This document shows, in pieces, positions 12,019-21,700 of a stretch of DNA of 64,000 bases. Positions within the stretch are counted from its first letter, which is position 1. Each line of letters starts with the position of its first letter. Source of the stretch: Acholeplasmataceae bacterium (lineage in GTDB: Bacteria; Bacillota_I; Bacilli_A; Acholeplasmatales; Acholeplasmataceae); NCBI GenBank assembly GCA_963675245.1, contig OY775910.1, forward strand, positions 64,001 to 128,000. The letters are read 5' to 3'. A program made the translations under genes and the position numbers. The notes beneath the pieces were generated by a model. That model saw only the letters and a list, made by a program, of their open reading frames with translations, was not told the DNA's origin and did no database searches.

Positions 12019-12231
12019 CTAACTAAAGCATTTTAAAATATTTAAATGCATCTTCAATTTTTTCTTATGATCGATTGGACATGGATGAACCCTTTGTGTT
12101 TCTGAAATTCGATTTGGTACTTTTCTAGTAAAAATTCCACATTGTTCCTTCATATCTGCAATCCAACAAGTCTTTACAGAACAATTATATTTAACTTTTA
12201 TGTAATCTCGCATAGTTTTGTATGTAACCAT
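12019..12231 (-). pseudogene. Small protein resembling the RlmD/RumA C-terminal-extension family; probably frameshifted near its end
   Basis: TYK..RDYIK.KY..SVKTCWIADMKE.CG...R..PNR.....R..PCP; the family-like tail IEDAFKYFKML* lies in another frame after an A6 run. Confidence 0.6.
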
Positions 12232-12635
12232 AATATCAACTCCCCTTTTTATAATTATAGCAAAAATGAATAATAAAAACGAGGTTTATTGTGAAATCAG
12301 ATTACAACTAAATTAAATATTGTGACTTCGAGAATTGCTCATATTTTGTATCGTGACCTTTCTTACATAACAATTCTAAATTCTTGTCTTTTTTTACGTT
12401 TTTAGATAAAGTTCAAATTCCTTGGAATCTCAAAAAAACCTCGTTTTTACCAAAAATTCTAATTCCCTCTCGAGAAAGCATGTTTTTCACCATATGTGAA
12501 CATAAAATAAGGGTAAAATAAATGAAAACTCACTGATTTTACCCTAAAATATACGAAAGGTTGCTTTATGTAAAATTGTTAAAAACGTCTCTATTAAGCT
12601 GTTAAACTTTAAAAATATACTAGGTATAATCAACC

Positions 12636-12709
12636 TGTCTTGTCCTTACGGAGTTTTTACTCTATTTCCAACGGAGTTTTGCTTTTTTTCGGACGGGGTT
12701 GTTTTTTTT
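12636..12709 (+). repeat. TGT-initiated array of three 22-23-bp-spaced repeats (transposon-end-like)
   Basis: ACGGAGTTTT at 12648 and 12671, ACGGGGTTGT at 12693; TGT at 12636. Confidence 0.5.
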
Positions 12710-12743
12710 GTGATGAAGGTAAGTCATCTGGATAGTCTAGTTT

Positions 12744-13334
12744 TTAAGAATGATTTAACCTGATTTCATCTATTTGAATTATTATGTCTGCTTTCTCTTT
12801 AATATTAAAATGCTCAAAATATTCATTTTCCATAGGAAGCCATTCATTGATAAATCGATTAATTTTATTAAAGTCATTTCTTTTGGTGATGCGTTTAATT
12901 TGTGTTTCATTATCAATATCAAGAAAAATATTTAAATCAGCATAATGATTAAATTTTGGATGAAGTGCATAACTTCCTTCAATAATTAAATATTTAGGAT
13001 TTTCAATCTTCACTTCTTTTGTAAAATCCATAATTGAACAATCAAATATTTTATAACTAAAATGCTCATGATGAAGATGATTAATTACTTCATCAATAAA
13101 TCTCTCATAATGTATATTTCCACCTTGTTCTTTTAATCTACTTTTCGTTCTTAATGCTATAGGTAAAAAGAAGTCATCCATGTGAATGACTTCTGCATTT
13201 ATTTGATCCTGTAAATATGCAGTTAGTGTTGATTTACCACTTGCTGCTTTTCCATCAATTGCTATTACAAATGGTTTTTTATCAGGTTTAATATTCTTTA
13301 TCAGACTTAATATTTTTTTATAAGATTTATTCAT
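12744..13334 (-). CDS. Uridine-kinase-family P-loop kinase
   Basis: IAIDGKAASGKST, HMDDFF, IIEGSYALHP. Confidence 0.85.
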   Translation of the reverse strand: MNKSYKKILSLIKNIKPDKKPFVIAIDGKAASGKSTLTAYLQDQINAEVIHMDDFFLPIALRTKSRLKEQGGNIHYERFIDEVINHLHHEHFSYKIFDCSIMDFTKEVKIENPKYLIIEGSYALHPKFNHYADLNIFLDIDNETQIKRITKRNDFNKINRFINEWLPMENEYFEHFNIKEKADIIIQIDEIRLNHS

Positions 13335-13875
13335 TAAATTTAAATGCTCCTAATTGTGAAAATGTTTTTACGATTGGTGGAATGATGATGAATTGAATAA
13401 TAATGCCTGGCCATGCAATAATAAATGCCCCTTGTACAAACATCATTAGTGTAAAATCAGTTCCAAATATACCTATGATATATTGAACGACTCCCCAAAC
13501 TATTCTACCACATATCATTGCTATACTTAGAGCTATTATAGTTCTAACGATGATATTTTTATGACGTATATTTCTAAATACTAGACCAGTAATTAAGCCA
13601 TATGTAGCAAGTTCAAAAGTCATTGCAAATCCAATGGGATAAATGATTGGTGCGCCAAAAACAAAAAATCTAGAAATAGGCAATACTAAACCTATAATCA
13701 AACCATACCAAGGGCCTAAAATAACACCACCAATTAGCACTGGGATATGCATAGGTAAAAGCATATTTCCTATTTGTGGTATTTGTCCAGTAAGTAATGG
13801 TAGTAACCAACCAATAGCAATTAATAATGCCGCAAAAGTAAGTTTATGTATATTAGTCGATGTTGATGATTTCAT
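13327..13875 (-). CDS. ECF transporter S component
   Basis: ~6 TM; LLPMHIPVLIGG..LGP.YG, MTFELATYG. Confidence 0.85.
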   Translation of the reverse strand: MKSSTSTNIHKLTFAALLIAIGWLLPLLTGQIPQIGNMLLPMHIPVLIGGVILGPWYGLIIGLVLPISRFFVFGAPIIYPIGFAMTFELATYGLITGLVFRNIRHKNIIVRTIIALSIAMICGRIVWGVVQYIIGIFGTDFTLMMFVQGAFIIAWPGIIIQFIIIPPIVKTFSQLGAFKFNE

Positions 13876-14719
13876 ATACTCTTGAACCTACTCCAATCTT
13901 TTCAGCAGCTTCAATCGTATGTACACCATGTTTTTCTTCAATACGTTCAATTAATTCTTTCTTACCCTCATCATCAGATGCATAAACTAAATCTAAACAT
14001 GCTTGGTCTAATGCTACTGGATCTAAAGAAGCTAAAATACCAATATCTTTCATTTCTGGATCTTTAGGATGAGAATCACAATCACAATCAATTGACATTC
14101 TAATCATCATATTAATGAAAACCATATTACTCTTAAAATGATCAACAATTGACTTATCCGCATCAGCCATTGATTCCAAAAATTTATCTTGTTCACAATC
14201 CCACATGTGTTCAGGATCTCCACCACCATGAATAAATCCTTTACCAAATTTAGAAGCTACACCTATACTTAAATTCTTAAGTGCACCACCAAATCCACCC
14301 ATTGCGTGACCTTTAAAGTGTGATAAGACTAACATTGATTCATAATTAAGTAAGTTTTTTCCTACATAGTTTTTATCAATCACATTAAATGGATTAACTG
14401 GTAAGATAATATCTCCATCTGCATCCATAATATCAACTTCTGCAATTTCATTAAATCCGTGATCTTTAATTGCTTGTAAATGATCTTTAGTTTCATATCT
14501 TTTTCCTGGATATGCTGTGTTACATTCAACAATTGTTCCATTTACATGTTCAACTAATTGCTTCATTTCGTAAGGTTTAATATAGTTGTTTCCTCCTGGT
14601 TCACCAGAATGTACTTTTACCGCAACTTTACCTTTTAATTCTTTTCCTAATTGTTTATATATATTTAATAATTGTTCACCTGATGTTGAACGAGTAAAAT
14701 AAACTTTTGATTTTTCCAT
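13853..14719 (-). CDS. DUF362 Fe-S protein
   Basis: VAVKVHSGEPG, ECNTAYPG, SHFKGHAMGGFGGALKN, DCDCD, SLDPVALDQAC. Confidence 0.85.
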   Translation of the reverse strand: MEKSKVYFTRSTSGEQLLNIYKQLGKELKGKVAVKVHSGEPGGNNYIKPYEMKQLVEHVNGTIVECNTAYPGKRYETKDHLQAIKDHGFNEIAEVDIMDADGDIILPVNPFNVIDKNYVGKNLLNYESMLVLSHFKGHAMGGFGGALKNLSIGVASKFGKGFIHGGGDPEHMWDCEQDKFLESMADADKSIVDHFKSNMVFINMMIRMSIDCDCDSHPKDPEMKDIGILASLDPVALDQACLDLVYASDDEGKKELIERIEEKHGVHTIEAAEKIGVGSRVYEIINID

Positions 14720-14746
14720 TTGAGATCTCCTTTTATATTTTGATAA

Positions 14747-15721
14747 CTATTTTAACTCATTAGTAGATAATGCACCAACAACATTGTGAGCCATGTAAAG
14801 TTCTTCTAAATAATCAATATCTTCTTGTGTTAATTTTACATCTATTGAAGAAATAGCATCTTCTAAATGTTTGATTTTTGTTACGCCTACAATCGGTGCT
14901 GCAACACCTTGCTTAGATAGTAACCATGCCATCGATATTTGAGCCATTGAAATATTATATTTTTTTGCTAATTCTTCAACACGTAGTACAATTGGATAAT
15001 CTAAATCTCGATTAAAGTCGTACTTTCTTTTGGCAAACTGATCGTTTTTACTTCTATTTGATTCGGCATCCCATTTACGAGCAACACGTCCACCAGCTAG
15101 TGGTGAGTAAGGTGTCATGATTACACCTTCTTCTAATAAAAGTTTAACCATTTCTCTCTCTTCTTCACGATAGATTAAGTTATAGTGATTTTGCATAGAA
15201 ACAAATGTATGCCAACCATGCTTTCTTGCTGTTTCTTGAGCTTTTAAAAACTGATATGCATACATTGCAGATGCACCAATATATCTAACTTTTCCTTCTT
15301 CTATCACTTGGTTTAGTGTTTCCATTGTTTCTTCAATTGATGTGTCATAATCCCAACGGTGGATAATCAATAAATCAATGTAAGTTGTTTGAAGTTTTTT
15401 AAGTGACATATCTACTTCTCGAAGGATTGCATTTCGTGAAAGTCCACCTTCATTAAATCTTACTTTTGTAGCAATCACAACATCTTCTCTTTTTGCATAT
15501 TTTTTTAGGGCATTCCCTAAATAGATTTCACTTGATCCACCATTATACATATTTGCAGTATCAAAGAAATTAATGCCTAAATCTAATGCTCGTTTAACCA
15601 TTGCATTAGTTTCTTCTTGATTCAACAACCAACTATCAGGATTCCCTTTTGAATCTCCGAAAGTCATACAACCTAAACAGATTCTTGATATATTTGTATT
15701 ACCTAATTTTGTATATTCCAT
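14747..15721 (-). CDS. Aldo/keto reductase (YajO-like)
   Basis: CLGCMTFG, FFDTANMY, VIATK, IHRWD, MQNHYNL, PYSPLAGG. Confidence 0.92.
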   Translation of the reverse strand: MEYTKLGNTNISRICLGCMTFGDSKGNPDSWLLNQEETNAMVKRALDLGINFFDTANMYNGGSSEIYLGNALKKYAKREDVVIATKVRFNEGGLSRNAILREVDMSLKKLQTTYIDLLIIHRWDYDTSIEETMETLNQVIEEGKVRYIGASAMYAYQFLKAQETARKHGWHTFVSMQNHYNLIYREEEREMVKLLLEEGVIMTPYSPLAGGRVARKWDAESNRSKNDQFAKRKYDFNRDLDYPIVLRVEELAKKYNISMAQISMAWLLSKQGVAAPIVGVTKIKHLEDAISSIDVKLTQEDIDYLEELYMAHNVVGALSTNELK

Positions 15722-15741
15722 TGTTTTTTCCTTCCAATTTT

Positions 15742-16332
15742 TTATAATCTTCTACCGTTTGGTAGAGAATTTACTAAATTCAGGTCTAATGCCTTTACTA
15801 CTTTAGCTGGATTACCAACAGCTACTGCATAATCTGGAACATCTTTTGTGACGACAGATCCAGCACCAACGATTGCATATTCACCAATTGTAACACCAGG
15901 TAAAATCGTGACTCTTGCACCTATCCAAGCAAACTTCTTTATAAGTACTGGTTTACAAATTACGATGTGTCTTTCGTAAAAATCATGATTAACTGTTAAA
16001 ACAGTGACCTGGGGTGCAATCTGGACACCTTCTTCAATTTCAACACCACCTGCACATGAACCAACAAATGAATGATTGATAAATGCCGTATCATGAATAT
16101 TCGTTTGATTACCGAAATCAATAGTAAATGGGGTTAAAATTCTTACCTTTGACATATCTTTATCAAAAATTTCATTTAGCTTAGATGTATTATCTTCAAG
16201 CGGAGACAACAAGTTTAGTTCATGACATAGATTTCTTGTACGAAACATTTCATCTATAGAAGGTTTGAAATAATCTTTAGTCATATCAACACGATCACCT
16301 AATCTAAGCATTTCAAAAACATCTTGTGTCAT
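15742..16332 (-). CDS. Hexapeptide-repeat sugar O-acetyltransferase
   Basis: [46 protein letters not shown] overlaps the upstream TAA (TAATG). Confidence 0.9.
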   Translation of the reverse strand: MTQDVFEMLRLGDRVDMTKDYFKPSIDEMFRTRNLCHELNLLSPLEDNTSKLNEIFDKDMSKVRILTPFTIDFGNQTNIHDTAFINHSFVGSCAGGVEIEEGVQIAPQVTVLTVNHDFYERHIVICKPVLIKKFAWIGARVTILPGVTIGEYAIVGAGSVVTKDVPDYAVAVGNPAKVVKALDLNLVNSLPNGRRL

Positions 16333-17180
16333 TATGCTTCCTCGTATGTAGGTGCCCATCCAGCAAAATGATCTAAGTTTTCTTCTGTACGTGTGTAATA
16401 TCTTGAACTTGTATTTAATTTTGCCATTTGAGCCATATCATCTTCTGATATTTCAAAATCAAACAAATCAATATTATCTTTAATATGATCCACATTTTTA
16501 CTACCAGGGATCACAACAAATCCCATTTGCACATGCCATTTCAGTACGATTTGAGCTGGAGATTTTTGATATTTATTAGCAAGACTAACAACAATCTCAT
16601 TTTCTAATAATTGTTTTGTATTGCCTTTACCACCAAGTGGATACCATGACATAATAAAAATATTTTCTTTATTGGTGATTTTTCTTAATTCGTCTTGTGG
16701 GAAATATGGATGACATTCTACTTGAATCACTTGAGGTTTGATTTCACATTGTTCAAGTAATGATACAATATATTCACCTTCAAAGTTAGAAATACCAATT
16801 GATTTTATTTTTCCTTCTTTGTATGCTTTTTCTAAAGCTTTATAACCTGCTTGCCAATTACCTGCTGGTTGATGAAGAAAGAGCAAATCAATATAATCTA
16901 ATCCTAGTCTTTCTAATGTTTCATCTACTGCATTTTCATTTTCATATTCTGTTGGCCATAATTTTGTAGATACAAAGATGTCTTCTCTTTTAACACCACT
17001 ACTCTTAATACCTCTACCAACTGCTCTTTCATTAACATATACATTGGCTGTATCGATTAATCGATACCCTAATTTAAGTGCTGCATCAACACTGTTTTGT
17101 GCATCTTTTGGTTCTAATAAGAATGTTCCAATACCTACGCTTGGCATTTGTACGCCATTGTTTAATGTAAAACTTTTCAT
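16332..17180 (-). CDS. Aldo/keto reductase (2,5-DKG reductase-like)
   Basis: [40 protein letters not shown]. Confidence 0.92.
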   Translation of the reverse strand: MKSFTLNNGVQMPSVGIGTFLLEPKDAQNSVDAALKLGYRLIDTANVYVNERAVGRGIKSSGVKREDIFVSTKLWPTEYENENAVDETLERLGLDYIDLLFLHQPAGNWQAGYKALEKAYKEGKIKSIGISNFEGEYIVSLLEQCEIKPQVIQVECHPYFPQDELRKITNKENIFIMSWYPLGGKGNTKQLLENEIVVSLANKYQKSPAQIVLKWHVQMGFVVIPGSKNVDHIKDNIDLFDFEISEDDMAQMAKLNTSSRYYTRTEENLDHFAGWAPTYEEA

Positions 17181-17200
17181 TTTAATTCTCCTTTTTGTTT

Positions 17201-17734
17201 TTATTTATTATTTTTAAAACCATTATTTTCTAACCATTTAGCAATCGTTAACCCAGAACTGGTCACATTCGATCCTCTAATCGCTAATGCTTGTTTTATT
17301 TCAGCTGTAGGACAACTCTTTTGTAAATCCTTAACTGAATGTCCAATTCCTGATCCTTCATGCGTGCAAAACGGATAAATACGTTTACCAGTGAAATCGT
17401 GACTTTCTAAAAATGCTAATACTGGCATAGGATATGTACCCCACCAGTTTGGATAACCTACAAAAATATTTTCATATTTTGAAATATCAATGTCACCTTG
17501 AATTTCTGGTTTTAATCCCTGTTTCAACTCTAATGATGCTTCTTTTGTACAATCATTATAATTATCTGCATAAGGTTTGATTCTTTTTATTTCAAACATG
17601 TCAGCATTTAATGATTCCTTAATAAAGTTCGCAACACGATACGTATTACCTATTTCTAATTCAACAATTTTACCTGACACATAGTTTTGACCTAATCTAG
17701 AAAAATATACAATAAGAGTGTTTGTATGTTTCAT
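17201..17734 (-). CDS. Flavodoxin
   Basis: LIVYFSR.G..GNT, GYPNWWGT, PFCTHEGSG; start ATG 17734. Confidence 0.88.
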   Translation of the reverse strand: MKHTNTLIVYFSRLGQNYVSGKIVELEIGNTYRVANFIKESLNADMFEIKRIKPYADNYNDCTKEASLELKQGLKPEIQGDIDISKYENIFVGYPNWWGTYPMPVLAFLESHDFTGKRIYPFCTHEGSGIGHSVKDLQKSCPTAEIKQALAIRGSNVTSSGLTIAKWLENNGFKNNK

Positions 17735-17735
17735 T

Positions 17736-18020
17736 TTAATCACCTTCTCTAAATATTTGATTATTAATTGCTGTTTCAAATCCAAAATCTCGTTCTATTT
17801 TAAGATTACCCATAAAGTTTTGAATCGTATGGTTCGCATGATTGATACGTCTATTATCCAAATCAACATGTAATTCATAATCTAACAAAAGATGATATTC
17901 GTCTTTATAAGTAAGATTTAACACCAGATTATTATTATCGTTATACATAATGTTCATATTTTTAAAATTACCCGATAAGAAACTTTTTACCGTATCTTTC
18001 AAGTCAAATAATCCTTTCAT
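17736..18020 (-). CDS. Hypothetical protein, first gene of the MerR-controlled operon
   Basis: 94 aa ORF with AGGTGG RBS; stop abuts the flavodoxin start. Confidence 0.7.
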   Translation of the reverse strand: MKGLFDLKDTVKSFLSGNFKNMNIMYNDNNNLVLNLTYKDEYHLLLDYELHVDLDNRRINHANHTIQNFMGNLKIERDFGFETAINNQIFREGD

Positions 18021-18093
18021 TTAGCCACCTAACTTTCTTTTTCATTTGAAATTTTTGATAGATTAAATCTCAGATTTAGAAATCTACAAACAC

Positions 18094-18124
18094 ATTATAT
18101 ATCTTGGAGTTAACTCCATGTCAA
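18094..18124 (-). promoter_or_regulatory. MerR-type promoter with 19-bp spacer and AdhR/NmlR-like operator
   Basis: TTGACA (18124-18119), 19 bp, TATAAT (18099-18094); perfect palindrome TGGAGTTAACTCCA (18105-18118) in the spacer. Confidence 0.9.
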
Positions 18125-18193
18125 GGTTTTTTTCTAATTTTGTTGATTTTTTTTATTTTGAGTGTTTTAATAGTAGTAAAGGATGTGACAAAA

Positions 18194-18565
18194 ATGAAGA
18201 TCAGTGAAGTGTGTGACAAATTTAATTTATCCTCTGATACATTACGTTATTACGAAAAGATAGGTTTAATCGAAAACGTTCGACGTATCAATAGACAACG
18301 TGATTATCAAGAAAAAGATATAAATCGAATAGATTTTGTTGTTTGCATGAGAGATGCCGGTTTATCCATTGATTTCTTAAGTCAATATATAAACTTATAC
18401 AATCAGGGTAATGATACTGCGGATGAGCGAAAACAATTATTAATCGATCAGCGTGATATTTTACAAGAACGATTAAATGCTATCCAAAAATCACTCAATC
18501 GATTAAATTTCAAAATCGGACAATATGAATCCATTATGATAGAACATGAAAAAGAATTATTATAA
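18194..18565 (+). CDS. MerR-family regulator (AdhR/NmlR-like)
   Basis: MKISEV..TLRYYEKIGLI..R.Y..FVVCMRDAGLSI (conserved Cys); start ATG 18194. Confidence 0.92.
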   Translation: MKISEVCDKFNLSSDTLRYYEKIGLIENVRRINRQRDYQEKDINRIDFVVCMRDAGLSIDFLSQYINLYNQGNDTADERKQLLIDQRDILQERLNAIQKSLNRLNFKIGQYESIMIEHEKELL

Positions 18566-18609
18566 AAACTGGATTGCCTAACGGAAACTTAGTTATTCCA
18601 GTTTTTTTT
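18564..18609 (+). terminator. Terminator after the MerR gene
   Basis: AAAAACTGGA...TCCAGTTTTTTTT. Confidence 0.65.
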
Positions 18610-18785
18610 ATAATTTAAAATAATATAAACATTTTATTGTTTCAATGATTCTGATGTAAGAAAGGTAGTTCTTCTTTTTTTGAAAAAGATATTTTATTTA
18701 CTTTGATAAATATATTTGATATAATTAAGGTAATAACACGATGATTTACTCATAAATAAAATTACTCTTAAGAGGGAGGCGTAAT

Positions 18786-21700
18786 ATGAGGAAAATAATA
18801 ATTATTTTTATTTTTTTTGTGCTTTTGTTTAGTAATTCGTTAATGGTTTTTGCAGCGTTCACAGAGGGAGTTAACGCTGATTATTACCCTGATTTCATAT
18901 CTTGGGAAGAAGAACAAGCTGCTGCAGATAAATTTAATATTGAACTTGCTTCCGAGAGCTTTGTTTTACTTAAAAATGAGAATCGTGCACTACCACTCAC
19001 ACCAGACGAAACTAACATTAGTTTATTTGGTACGGGTAGTTATTATTGGTCATCACCTGGAATTCGAAGTGTAAGACCTGCTTCTGTGTATGACAGTCTT
19101 TCATCAGTAAATCTTAGTGTAAATCCAACAATTGCGAGATTTTATCAAATGAACTGGACTAATTTAGAAGAACCTTCTCTTGATAATCTTGAAGAAATGA
19201 CATATTCTTATGATATGTATGATGATGCTGCAGTCATAACTATTTGGCGATCGGTTCCAGAATGGAATGAAGTTTCATTATATGAAACACCAGGACATAC
19301 AGATTTGTTGGACCACACCTATTCTTTAACAGATAATGAAAAATCAGTTATTAATGGCTTAACAACAAAATTTGATAAGGTTATTGTGCTTATCAGTAGT
19401 GGAAACCCTATGGAATTAGGATGGCTTGAAGATCACGATGGTGTGGATGCTATTTTATGGATTGGTTATACAGGGTTAAATGGTAGAATGGCAGTTGGTC
19501 CAATGCTCGTAGGTGAAACAAATCCATCTGGTAAAACTGCTGATATTTATCCAGCAAAGTTTTCACAAGATCCAACTTGGGCAAATTTCAAAGGTAATAT
19601 CCAAGATCAACTTATCGAAGTTGACGGTGTATTATATACAAATTATATTGGTCCAGGTGATCCTGCTAATGTGCTTGCACCTGCAGAAATTTCTGGTTTG
19701 TCTAATAGCTCAGCTGAATATTTGACTTATTCACGAGTAACAGATATTTCAGGTAATACAGTAACTGTAGATGGACCAAACGATAGTGCAAGATATTTTA
19801 CATCATTAGACTATGAAGAAGGTATTTATGTTGGTTACCGTTGGTATGAAACTGCTGCACAAGAAGGATTCTTTAGTGCTGATTCACATGGGTTCACAAA
19901 TGCAGAAAGGCTGGCATCACTTGATGAAGCAGATCCAAAATATATAACACCTGATTTGTATTATAATCGATTAGATGGCGTAATTTATCCTTTTGGTTAT
20001 GGCTTAAGCTATACTACTTTTGATGTTGATATTCAAAACGTCGTACATGATGGTAGTTTATTCTTGAATGGAGATACATTGAATACCGCATATAACCAGG
20101 AAATTACTTTAAATATTTCAATTACAAATACTGGGAATTTCGCAGGTAAAAAAATAGTGGAAATCTATTACACTGCACCTTATATTACTGGCGAAATTGA
20201 AAAAGCTAGTATAAATTTAATAAATTTTGCAAAATCTGATTATTTATATCCAGGTGAATCACAAGTGATACCTGTCACCATTCGCATTCAAGATATGGCA
20301 TCATTTGATGATGTTGATGCAAATGCCGATGGTCACCAAGGTTACGAACTTGATCCTGGCACATATACTTTATCTGTTAGAGATAATTCACACGACACGT
20401 TAGATTCAATCGATGCAGTAATCGCAGGTGATATCGTTCATTACGATATTGATGCTGATACTGGTGCATCAATTGAACTTAGATTTACCCCAGAAACTGG
20501 AGATACAACTTGGGATGGTTCCAGGTCAGATTTAACATATTACAACACAAGACGTACCGCATTCATTAGTCCAAATTCACAAATGACTTACTTAACAAGA
20601 GCTGATTTTGATGGTACAATGCCAAAAGCACCAACCCCAGCTGATTTAGCATGGTCAGATGAAGCATTAATGATCTTGTTATCTCAAATTTATTATTCAT
20701 CGTTTAATGATTTACCTACAGATCCCTGGTATATTGATGAATCCGAGTTTAATGAAGGTGGATTGTACGAAGATTGGACACAAGTAAGTGAGGATGATGT
20801 TTCAGAGAGAGTTAATGGATTAGTCCCCATTCAATTATATGATATGTCTGGAGTGCCACTTGATGATCCACAATGGATCGAATTCATGAATCAATTGACA
20901 TGGGATGAAATAAGGACACTCGTTAGTAATGGTCAATATCATACTGAAGCAATAGATACTATAGGCAAACCGAGAACTAATGAGGTTGAAAATTTTAATG
21001 CTATAGGACACGGTACATTCTGGGTAAGCCAAGTCAATATAGCTTCCACATGGAATATCGATTTAGCTTACAGACACGGGCGATATTTGGGTAATGAAGC
21101 CATGTTACAAGAAATTAATGGTTTATATGGACCGAATTTAAATATACACCGCAGCCCAGCTTCTAATCTCAATTATAGTACCTATTCACAAGATGGCATA
21201 CTTGCAGGATTAATCGGACAAAATGTTGTAAAGGGAGCAACCGATAAGGGAATAGTAGTTTATATTGAAGATGCATTAATGGATGCTCAAAATACAAACC
21301 ATTATACAGTCACTACGTTTATTTCTGAGCAAGCACTGCGTGAAATGTACTTAAAACCATTTGAAATGGCCATTAAGAATGGAAATGCAAATGCATTAAT
21401 GAGTAGTTCTAATAAAATTGGTATTGTTTCATCGCAATCAAACTACAACTTACATGTTGGTTTATTAAGAGATGAATTTGGTTTTGATGCATTTTCAATA
21501 ACAAGTTATTATAGTTGGTCAACAACCCCTTCTGCAACTGGTGATATGTGTGCAAGAGTATTTCAACTACCATTAGGTCACTATACCGATACATTTGGTA
21601 GACATATTGAAGGTGAATGGGATGATGTTAACCAAAATGTTATCGTCACATTTAATGGAAATGTTACGAGTGGTACAAGATATATTAGTGATACTTCAGA

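Noticed and set aside
12636..12709. CRISPR mini-array
   Set aside because: Repeats are ~10 bp with 12-13 bp gaps, far too short; no cas genes. No CRISPR array was seen elsewhere in the window.
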